Below are positions 1 through 8,043 of a DNA stretch of 64,000 nt, piece by piece (within the stretch, counting starts at the first letter, position 1; each line of letters opens with the position of its first letter). The stretch is taken from the NCBI GenBank assembly GCA_963787835.1, contig CAWBEI010000002.1, forward strand, positions 544,001 to 608,000. Reading direction: 5' to 3'. The notes beneath the pieces were generated by a model, which made no database searches, was not told the origin of the DNA, and worked only from the letters and a program-made list of their open reading frames with translations. This DNA comes from Ignavibacteriota bacterium (GTDB lineage Bacteria; Bacteroidota; Ignavibacteria; Palsa-1295). The position numbers were made by a program, and so were the translations under genes.

Positions 1-62
1 TGGCGAGGGGGTGGTTTTTTATGATGGTCAGGAGTTCGTATGGCATAGATAATAAATATTAC

Positions 63-878
63 TTAGAAGTCAAGCGAGAGTGTAAGTGACGCATTCTCAT
101 CCCCAAATGAGGGATAAGAGTTCGTTCTATATGTCCACCAAAACTCAAAAAGAAAATGGAGCCTACAAAACTCCAGACCATTGAATGCAACTGGCCCACC
201 TGTTGATAAAAATATTATCGGCTCGGCGTAGAAAGCAAATTGGGATGAAGTTTCGTGAGCAGAGGATATTTGTGCGGAATCGTATTGTATAAATTCATAA
301 TTCGTTACATTTCGGCTCAGACTATACAACCGCTCATATCCGATGCCGAGACCGACACCGCCGCTGGCACCATCGCTACCACCAATCCCAATATTCTGCT
401 GTATACCTAAACGAAAGACATGTAATGATGTTGTGTCAGTGTACCCTGATGAGGAGGAATATGGAGAGTTATAACGCACATAACTTATCTGATCGGAGCC
501 CGTTCCAAGCCCTGCAAGTAAATAGGCTTCGTAATGTGCCCAATGAATGGTATCGTAATATCCTAGGCCGATCTCTCCAAAACGATTATTATAGTTTTGA
601 GGATTAGCCGGTGCTTCTCCAGCCCAAGCAAGACCAGAGAATCGATCAAACTGAAAAGCTGCATAAGTGGCAATGTGATCCCATGGAGCATACACTGCTT
701 CACAATCAAAACCACTCGCATATGGGAAATCAACTCCTCCGCTCATATTCAATTCACCTTGATGAGTAATCAATGGCGCGGGTGGACGATTCGGTACATA
801 AGACTGAGAAATGCATCCGCTTGAAAATGGAAGCAGAATCAAGAGAATTGCAACATTGCGTAGGTTCTCCATCTTCAA
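63..878 (-). CDS. Hypothetical lipoprotein / outer-membrane-type protein
   Basis: Signal peptide with lipobox-like FSSGC; alternating beta-strand pattern and C-terminal Phe (LTLSLDF); follows ispG on the same strand. Confidence 0.6.
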   Translation of the reverse strand: MKMENLRNVAILLILLPFSSGCISQSYVPNRPPAPLITHQGELNMSGGVDFPYASGFDCEAVYAPWDHIATYAAFQFDRFSGLAWAGEAPANPQNYNNRFGEIGLGYYDTIHWAHYEAYLLAGLGTGSDQISYVRYNSPYSSSSGYTDTTSLHVFRLGIQQNIGIGGSDGASGGVGLGIGYERLYSLSRNVTNYEFIQYDSAQISSAHETSSQFAFYAEPIIFLSTGGPVAFNGLEFCRLHFLFEFWWTYRTNSYPSFGDENASLTLSLDF

Positions 879-894
879 TCATACTTACATAATC

Positions 895-2025
895 CTACCC
901 CGCAAAATTCGTCACCTCTTCGATCAGTGTGGAAACTATATCTTCTTCCTTAATGCGGCGGATCATCACGCCTTTGCGATAAAGAATGCCAACCCCTTTA
1001 CCGGCGGCTATGCCAATATCGGCTTCGGAGGCTTCGCCGGGGCCATTTACCACGCATCCAAGCAATGCAACTTTCACCGGCTTCTTGATATGCGCGACGG
1101 CTGCTTCTAACTCTCGGGTAACTTTAAATAGATCAATCTCCAAACGCCCGCACGTTGGGCAGGCGATGATCTCGACATTCCGCGATGTTAATCCGAGCGT
1201 ACGCAGAATTTCCTTGCCGGTCTCGACTTCTTTCTCAGGCTCATCGGTAAGGGAAACGCGAATGGTATCGCCAATGCCATCTGCAAGTAGTGCACCAATT
1301 CCCACCGAAGATTTGATCGAGCCAACGCGCGTCGTGCCAGCCTCGGTCACACCAAGATGCAACGGATAATCCGTGCGCTGTGCAACGAGCCGATAGGCAT
1401 CGATCATGAGCCGCACATCCGTCGATTTTACACTGATGATGACGTCCTGAAAATCAAAATCCTCGCAAATTTTGACATGGCGCATCGCGGATTCGTACAG
1501 CGCCTCGGCAGTCGGATAGCCATGCTTATCCAAAATATCTTTTTCCAGCGAACCGGAGTTCACGCCAATGCGAATGGGAATCCTTTTCTCTTTCGCTTTA
1601 CCGAGCACTTCATGGATACGCTCGATCTTGCCAATATTGCCAGGATTGAGCCTTACTTTCGCGACATTTCCTTCAATTGCCTTTAATGCAAACACATGAT
1701 TGAAATGAATATCGGCAACAACGGGAATATTCGATTGACGAACGATCTCGCCAATGGCTTCGGCTGCTTCCCAATCGTTGACGGTCACACGCGCGATGTC
1801 GCAACCGGCTTCTTCCATGCGTGCGATCTGCGCAACGGTTGCATCGACGTCGCTCGTCTTCGTTTTCGTCATGGACTGCACGGAGATCGGCGCGCCATCG
1901 CCAACGGGAATGTTCCCGATCATCACGCGCCGCGATTTGCGGCGCTGGTGCAACGCAGCGTCCTCATGGACATTCGGGGAATGACCGTTCGTCGTTGCCG
2001 ATAGGATGGGAAGTATTGAGTCCAA
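895..2025 (-). CDS. ispG: (E)-4-hydroxy-3-methylbut-2-enyl-diphosphate synthase IspG
   Basis: Motifs PISVQSMT, VADIHF, RLNPGNIG, RIGVNSGSL, HLGVTEAG, GDTIRVSL, ACPTCGR, GCVVNGPGE. Confidence 0.97.
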   Translation of the reverse strand: MDSILPILSATTNGHSPNVHEDAALHQRRKSRRVMIGNIPVGDGAPISVQSMTKTKTSDVDATVAQIARMEEAGCDIARVTVNDWEAAEAIGEIVRQSNIPVVADIHFNHVFALKAIEGNVAKVRLNPGNIGKIERIHEVLGKAKEKRIPIRIGVNSGSLEKDILDKHGYPTAEALYESAMRHVKICEDFDFQDVIISVKSTDVRLMIDAYRLVAQRTDYPLHLGVTEAGTTRVGSIKSSVGIGALLADGIGDTIRVSLTDEPEKEVETGKEILRTLGLTSRNVEIIACPTCGRLEIDLFKVTRELEAAVAHIKKPVKVALLGCVVNGPGEASEADIGIAAGKGVGILYRKGVMIRRIKEEDIVSTLIEEVTNFAG

Positions 2026-2047
2026 TGTATTAATTCGTAATTCGTAA

Positions 2048-3013
2048 TTATTTCTTCTCTTCCATTCTCCGAGAAGCCTCGAAAAGAATATCCCGCTCGT
2101 CGTTCGTGAGGTTTTGATACCCGGTCGCGGCGATCTTATCCAAAATGCGGTCTATCTCTTCCTGCGTAATCACCCGTGCTTGCTTCACATCCTGAATTTT
2201 GGTATCTGTTGCACGGGCGCCATAACTATCGATGTCCCGGTAATCGGCATCAACCACCCCACCTGGCTTTTTTCCAAAAAAGCCACCATTCTTCGGAGCA
2301 TTCGCTGAACCATTGCCCCATTGAGATTGAAGTGGCTTCTGACGCGAGGCAAGGATCTTACCGCCCGACATGATCAACATATAGACCATGCCCGTCACTG
2401 CACCGCCCAAATGTGCGAGATGCGCTACATTGTCTGACGAATTATACGTCGAATAAATTTCGATCGCGATCAAAATGGGAACGACAAACTTAGCGCGAAT
2501 GGGAATGAAGATCGGGAAAAAAATGAGTCGCATTTCTGGGAACATCACCCCGAACGCTACAAGCACTCCGAATATCGCACCTGATGCTCCGAGCATAGGA
2601 CCACCGCCCATCCCGAAAAATCCGGATAACAGCAAATGAGCCATTGCGCCGCCTAATCCGCATACAAAATAATAGATCACGAACCGCCTTGTACCCCATG
2701 CCTGCTCCACTTGCACTCCGACCCACCAGAGCATCAGCATATTAAAGAGAATATGCGTAAAACCCTCGTGAAGAAACATGTACGTGAAAAGCTGCCACGG
2801 AAGAAAATGCCCCGAATTAAGCGGCCAAAGTGCAAAATATTCTACAATGGCATCCCGGAGTGGAAGACCACCTGCGAAATGCAAATCGCCAAAAAGCAGC
2901 TCGATCAAGAAGATAGCTACATTGCTCCCAAGCAAGAATTTTATTCCTGCCGGAAACATCGAAAAGCCCGACATACGCGGGCGTTGATACTGCTGCTGTG
3001 GATTCCAGGCCAA
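2048..3013 (-). CDS. Rhomboid family intramembrane serine protease with soluble C-terminal domain
   Basis: WQLFTYMFLH, HILFNM, catalytic GASG and AHLAHLGG; C-terminal IDRILDKI..GY..LT motif typical of Bacteroidota rhomboids. Confidence 0.92.
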   Translation of the reverse strand: MAWNPQQQYQRPRMSGFSMFPAGIKFLLGSNVAIFLIELLFGDLHFAGGLPLRDAIVEYFALWPLNSGHFLPWQLFTYMFLHEGFTHILFNMLMLWWVGVQVEQAWGTRRFVIYYFVCGLGGAMAHLLLSGFFGMGGGPMLGASGAIFGVLVAFGVMFPEMRLIFFPIFIPIRAKFVVPILIAIEIYSTYNSSDNVAHLAHLGGAVTGMVYMLIMSGGKILASRQKPLQSQWGNGSANAPKNGGFFGKKPGGVVDADYRDIDSYGARATDTKIQDVKQARVITQEEIDRILDKIAATGYQNLTNDERDILFEASRRMEEKK

Positions 3014-3190
3014 TTAAATTACGAATTTCGAATGACGAATTACGAACTGAGGATTCCGAATTTGGGCAAACACCGAACATTGAGGTTTCGCGCCATGAGA
3101 GATTACGACGATTCAGCAGATTAGTTATTGGGACTCTGAAACTGAATTCCATCTCATAAATCCCATTCATCCCATACATCCCGGTTCAGA

Positions 3191-3694
3191 TCATCCCATA
3201 AAAAGATACGGCTCCCAGTCCTTATCGACCCTGCCGATGAATTGCCGCAGGAACGTCACATGGTTCGGGCGGATGGGACGGCGGGCCAGCACCATCTGGG
3301 CTTCATCTGGCGTCTGGCTGCCTTTTACGTTATTGCACCGAATGCACGCGCTGACCAGATTTTCCCACGAATCCTCGCCACCACGGCTTTTCGGCATGAT
3401 GTGATCGACAGTGAGCGTAACGCTCGTCGCGCCGCAATATTGGCAGCGGTGACCATCCCGCCGCAGAATATTCTTCCTCGAAAGGATCACCTTCTTGAAT
3501 GGCACCCGAACATACGAGGATAGCCGGATCACGCTCGGAAAGGGCATCGTAACAGAGGTCGAGTGAACGGCCTTTCCCGTCATGCTGCTGACGAGTTCCG
3601 CCTTATCCAAATACAGCAAAATGATCGCCTTTTCGACATTTGTGATCGCTAATGGCTCGTAATTGCCATTGAGAATGAGGACCTTACCACCCAG
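3191..3694 (-). CDS. HNH endonuclease (McrA-like); true start probably the CTG at 3694, upstream of the TTG at 3619
   Basis: SRKNILRRD..CQYCG..LTVDHIMPKSRGG..WENLVSAC..CN..K; the in-frame sequence upstream of 3619 encodes the family N-terminal motif KVLILNGNYEPL. Confidence 0.85.
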   Translation of the reverse strand: MGGKVLILNGNYEPLAITNVEKAIILLYLDKAELVSSMTGKAVHSTSVTMPFPSVIRLSSYVRVPFKKVILSRKNILRRDGHRCQYCGATSVTLTVDHIMPKSRGGEDSWENLVSACIRCNNVKGSQTPDEAQMVLARRPIRPNHVTFLRQFIGRVDKDWEPYLFMG

Positions 3695-4086
3695 TTTGGA
3701 GTGCGCCTGACTAAATTCCTGATCGTCTTCGGGGGTGTCGAATAACCCCAGCGAGCGCGGCTGGGAGGAGCTAAACTTATGGCGATGCTCCGGAGATCGT
3801 GGGCGATGCTCCGCACCGGATCTCGTTCTTCGAGACCCTAACGATGCGGGTCGCTTATATTTGTGTGCTTCGAATGCGGCAGACTCCTTCTAATCACTAT
3901 TTGTAATGTTCCGAATGCGTCACCAGTTCCCCTAACCAAATTATGCTATTGTTGCCTATAAAAAAACGCATCTGAGCTTCCTGGACTTCTATCCTGCATT
4001 TCATGAATCCGAGCGTTTTCTTTCACCCCGAAACGCATGGTTCCCGTTTTTCATGCTTCATAATTCATACTTCATAATTTCCCCAG

Positions 4087-4359
4087 GAAATAGGTGCCAT
4101 TTCTTTTTCTTGTGAGTTCCCGGTTATCCACATCGCACCCATCGAAATTCGCTCATTTTTGCCATTCGTTGAAACAAGTATTCATAAAAGTCCCTTCACA
4201 CAGAACTCGTTCATAACGAAACCTACCACTAATTGTCAATGAACGACCTAAGCCCCTACTCTTAATTCGTAATTCTTAATTCTTAATTGATCAAGGTGCC
4301 TATCATCTCACCACCTAATATACGACACTTTTCTCGCCCGCCACGAAATTCCAATTTTC
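4087..4359 (-). ncRNA. Putative structured ncRNA with its promoter, copy A (homologous to 39674-39950)
   Basis: Ordered conserved blocks shared with copy B, covarying stem, terminal GGCACC hairpins, no conserved long ORF. Confidence 0.55.
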
Positions 4360-4364
4360 GGGAA

Positions 4365-4447
4365 GTCCCGTTAGGGACGGCCCGTTTGTAGAACGCGATT
4401 ATTTTTTTTGTATCAAGGTTCTACAAACGCGCCACGCCTACGACGTT
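4365..4447. repeat. REP-like palindromic element
   Basis: GTCCCGTTAGGGAC head and inverted repeat CGTTTGTAGAAC...GTTCTACAAACG. Confidence 0.6.
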
Positions 4448-4506
4448 GTCATATATGCATCCAAAACAAATCCTATCCCCAATCCCGAAAATCCTGTGAA
4501 TCGTGG

Positions 4507-6564
4507 TCAATGCGCCACCACCACGCTCCGCGACTGCACATACCCTCCCGCCGACACCCGAACAAAATAGATTCCCGATGGAACGTTCGTTACATCGACC
4601 GAAATCCCATTGTGTAGGGACGTGCTGCGCACGTCCTGCCCCCTTCCTAACGCATCATACATTTCGATAACCGGCTGAACATTCCCCGATAGCTGCATCG
4701 TGATCTCATCCTGCGCCGGATTCGGCTGAATGCCCATAATGCTGAACGGTGCTCCTGAGTTCGAGGCAGTCACTGTATTTACCCCAGCCAGCGTATCAGC
4801 CACACCGACGCCAACGGCGCGGATCGTATCGACTTGAGCGGACTCGCCATCAAACCAATAGATGAATATACTTCCCCGCTCGGTATCCGCGATCGTGGGC
4901 TTGAAGGAAAGTGTGAATGACCTTGGAATGCTGCCCGGCGTAAAGCTCGTGGTGATATTTGTAAAACTAAAATCTTTAAATTGCGTGCTATCCGGATAAA
5001 AGATCATGCTATCAACGGTAGCCTGCTCGCAGCCATGCGCGGCGACCGTAAATGTATCTCGCTTGGTAGCAGCTTCGCGTAACTTTTGCGAACCGAAATC
5101 ATAAAGCGAATTTGTAATGAGATCGAGAAGACTGGGATTTGGCTGGATGACGAGTGTTACATGAAACGTCGTGTCAGCGTCTAAATAATCATCGTCGGTA
5201 TAATGAGTATGAATGGTGAGCGGATATGTGCCTGGTTTTTTCGGAAGGAACGTGACCCATGCCGAGTTTGCCTGACCGGTACTCCACGGATAATTCATGC
5301 TCGAAACAGAGTAGGTTGCTATGCTTGAATCGATACCATCAATTGTTACGTCTGTAAGCCCACCGTAGTCGTTCTTGTCTGCTATGAATTGAAGCCAGAG
5401 CGAAAGCGAGGCAGAGTCGCATAATTTAGTTACAAGCGAATCGCCGGAAGCACCGGCCATCAGAGTATGCCCTGTCGTCACCGTGGAATGCACCACCGAA
5501 GAAAGTGTCCCATCACCACCGTCCGTGGTTTTCCAAAGATTGTTTTGGTAATCGACCGCATAAACCACCGCGCCGTGACCTGTTACAGAGAGCGTTGCGC
5601 CAAAGTTAATATTATCGGGCCCCCCGACGTTCGTCCATGTCTCGCCATAATCAGTTGAGCGTTCCAATCCAATGTTGGCAGGCACACGTGTAGGAACGCT
5701 CGGGTCTTGTATTCCGCATTGAACATAAACCACAAAGCCATCACCGCCGCCTACATTGATATTAGTTCCAGCGACACCATTTCCAGTATCACGTGACCAT
5801 ACCGTAAAAAATGAGTATCCCCCGTCGGTGGAACGTTGAATAATGCTTCCATTAGAATATGGTGCAGATGCATCAAATGAAAAAATGTAATTGGGATTGT
5901 GTGGTATTGCATAATCAGACTCTCCTGGAGTATATCTGCCGGCTGAATTTTGCCATTCGATCCACGTCTGACCTAAATCCTGAGACGTAATGTTGATCTG
6001 TGAAACAAGAGATTCACGATTACCCGTGATAATTATCGACGAATTATTAGGATGCCATACCCAGGTCTTCCCTTGGTCTGTGGAATAACCATTAGGATAA
6101 AAAATTGCCGAACCAACTGCATAAAGTTGTCCATATTCGGTATCCGTTGAAATGTGTGACCAGGTATTTCCGCTGTCCAGCGTCTCGTAGATTCCTGCCA
6201 TTTCATCCTCAGGAATGTAGCCGCTGTAGTCAATGTACGGGTATGGCGCTGCACTCATATATCCCTGAGAAGGTGAAACGAAATACATACTACTAATCAG
6301 ACCCCAATGATTTTGGAGATTTCTATCCCCGAGATTCATCTTAATCCAATTCGTGCCGCCATCTGTCGTGCAGTAAACAGCAAGTGTGTCAGTGGCCCGC
6401 CAGCTCTCTCCTTGCCCAATGGTAAAGACAAAGCCATAATTCTCATTCAAAAAGTAAGTACCAATGTTTTGTTGGAACGATGCGATTTGTGTCCACTGCG
6501 AGTCTGCCCTGGAAGTGGCAAATAAAACCAACGAAAAAAGAAGGGATTTGACGAGGGTGCGCAT
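4507..6564 (-). CDS. Secreted BNR/Asp-box (YCF48/sialidase-like propeller) protein with Ig-like domains and T9SS C-terminal sorting domain
   Basis: Signal peptide; repeated T/S-x-D-x-G-x-T/N-W; C-terminal IQPNPA...SGIYFVRV...VVVAH. Confidence 0.85.
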   Translation of the reverse strand: MRTLVKSLLFSLVLFATSRADSQWTQIASFQQNIGTYFLNENYGFVFTIGQGESWRATDTLAVYCTTDGGTNWIKMNLGDRNLQNHWGLISSMYFVSPSQGYMSAAPYPYIDYSGYIPEDEMAGIYETLDSGNTWSHISTDTEYGQLYAVGSAIFYPNGYSTDQGKTWVWHPNNSSIIITGNRESLVSQINITSQDLGQTWIEWQNSAGRYTPGESDYAIPHNPNYIFSFDASAPYSNGSIIQRSTDGGYSFFTVWSRDTGNGVAGTNINVGGGDGFVVYVQCGIQDPSVPTRVPANIGLERSTDYGETWTNVGGPDNINFGATLSVTGHGAVVYAVDYQNNLWKTTDGGDGTLSSVVHSTVTTGHTLMAGASGDSLVTKLCDSASLSLWLQFIADKNDYGGLTDVTIDGIDSSIATYSVSSMNYPWSTGQANSAWVTFLPKKPGTYPLTIHTHYTDDDYLDADTTFHVTLVIQPNPSLLDLITNSLYDFGSQKLREAATKRDTFTVAAHGCEQATVDSMIFYPDSTQFKDFSFTNITTSFTPGSIPRSFTLSFKPTIADTERGSIFIYWFDGESAQVDTIRAVGVGVADTLAGVNTVTASNSGAPFSIMGIQPNPAQDEITMQLSGNVQPVIEMYDALGRGQDVRSTSLHNGISVDVTNVPSGIYFVRVSAGGYVQSRSVVVAH

Positions 6565-6733
6565 GATACGTTTTTCCTGAGAGGATGATGGAAGCTTTCT
6601 AATGAAGAGGTTCTTCCTATTGTTTAAAACGCGCTGGGTCGCTCGGGTTACAAAAATAATTTTATTATTTTTTAGAAATGCCCTTTAAAGCCTCAGAACG
6701 CTGATACCGCCTCCATAATTATTCGATCTGGGT

Positions 6734-8032
6734 TCAATGTACCACTTCTACTTTCGCGAACTGATCTCCCATTCGCAGAAAATAGAGTCCGGCTGGTAAT
6801 CGCGAAACATCCATCACGGCTCTTATCCCGTCCATCGTGGCATTCATTCGCTCGCATCCCATTACATCGAAAAGATGGAGAATTCCGGTTACTCCACCAG
6901 TAATTTGAAGCTCACCCGTCGCCGGAGTGGGAAATACCGAAAAGACACTACCGGAATTCATAGCACTTTCCACTACACTCGCAGCCGATGTGTCCTCCTC
7001 CCAAAGACCGCCATCAAAAAGTGCGCCATTGCCATACGTCATTCCCGCAATAGTAATGCCCTTAGAACTGTAAAATCGGTCATTAGAAAAATTCGTTCTG
7101 TATGATGGGCCTCCCTCGTTTTCCCAAGTAACACCTGAGTCCATGGAAACATACATCCCTGAATCGGTTTGAATGAACAGTCGCGAAAGGTTGCCTTGGA
7201 TTATGCCTGTCCCGGACGGTGCAATAAAATTGAAATGTGAATCCTGAACGGGGCCAAAATTCTTGGTTACCCTCCACGTCTGGCCGTAATCATCGCTACG
7301 GCGAATTATGATATTTCCAAGATCCGCTTCAAAGCAGATGGAAGTACCGGGAATTGTAAGAGGTTGAGTACACCAAACTGGCGTTTCCACGGTATGCCAT
7401 GATAAACCGCCATCCGTTGTTCGCATAATTCCAGTATATCCCTTGGATGTATCACTGGTTCCGGGATAGACTGCGACAATTCCGACAGAATCCGAGAAGA
7501 ATGAAAAGCCACCTGAACTGAGAGTGGTAGCCAGTTCCCAAGTATTTCCTAAGTCTTTAGAAACCTTTATCCCTGTGTCAGACGTGCTGAGAAAAAGCAA
7601 GTTAGTAAGTTCACAGTAGTGAACCGCTAATGCTCCCGTAATCGACCCAGGTACGTCCTGTTGAGTCCACGTTTCTCCACCATCCGTAGTTCGGTAGCAC
7701 GCGTCTGTATTGCCAAACATCGAGAACCATCCTGTTAAACTGTCCTTAAAGCAAATATCAGTGACATAGTATTCGGCGAAAGACTTACCTTTGTCCCATA
7801 CGCTTCTCCATGATTTTCCTCCATCGGTCGTCTTATGCAGTTCGGATTCCGTCCCTACAAATCCAATTCGATGTGGGCCAGGCAGATCAAGAAAGTACAC
7901 ACACGTAATATATTCTCCGATCTGATTACCCATACCATCTGAGGCCTTGAAATCAGCAATTTCCCGCCACTGAGCGTTCACATCGCTACTCAAAAGCGAG
8001 AGAACGATAAAGGCTGCCGTGGCGAGTCTCAT
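6734..8032 (-). CDS. Secreted BNR/Asp-box propeller protein with T9SS C-terminal sorting domain
   Basis: Signal peptide; six TTDGG-x-S/T-W-like repeats; C-terminal VFPTPA...AGLYFLRM...KVEVVH. Confidence 0.85.
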   Translation of the reverse strand: MRLATAAFIVLSLLSSDVNAQWREIADFKASDGMGNQIGEYITCVYFLDLPGPHRIGFVGTESELHKTTDGGKSWRSVWDKGKSFAEYYVTDICFKDSLTGWFSMFGNTDACYRTTDGGETWTQQDVPGSITGALAVHYCELTNLLFLSTSDTGIKVSKDLGNTWELATTLSSGGFSFFSDSVGIVAVYPGTSDTSKGYTGIMRTTDGGLSWHTVETPVWCTQPLTIPGTSICFEADLGNIIIRRSDDYGQTWRVTKNFGPVQDSHFNFIAPSGTGIIQGNLSRLFIQTDSGMYVSMDSGVTWENEGGPSYRTNFSNDRFYSSKGITIAGMTYGNGALFDGGLWEEDTSAASVVESAMNSGSVFSVFPTPATGELQITGGVTGILHLFDVMGCERMNATMDGIRAVMDVSRLPAGLYFLRMGDQFAKVEVVH

Positions 8033-8043
8033 TTATTTTTCAT

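Noticed and set aside
4124-4132. DnaA box TTATCCACA (also at 39759) as a replication origin
   Set aside because: Single boxes only, with no cluster and no dnaA/dnaN/gidA context.
4210-4240. TTGACA...TATGAA sigma70-like promoter inside the element (minus strand)
   Set aside because: The spacing is 18 bp in copy A but 26 bp in copy B; the conservation is better explained by base pairing.
3191-4359. IscB/HEARO-type RNA-guided nuclease system (HNH gene plus upstream RNA)
   Set aside because: The protein is a short McrA-type HNH lacking PLMP and RuvC motifs, and the second RNA copy has no HNH gene. A functional link is unproven.
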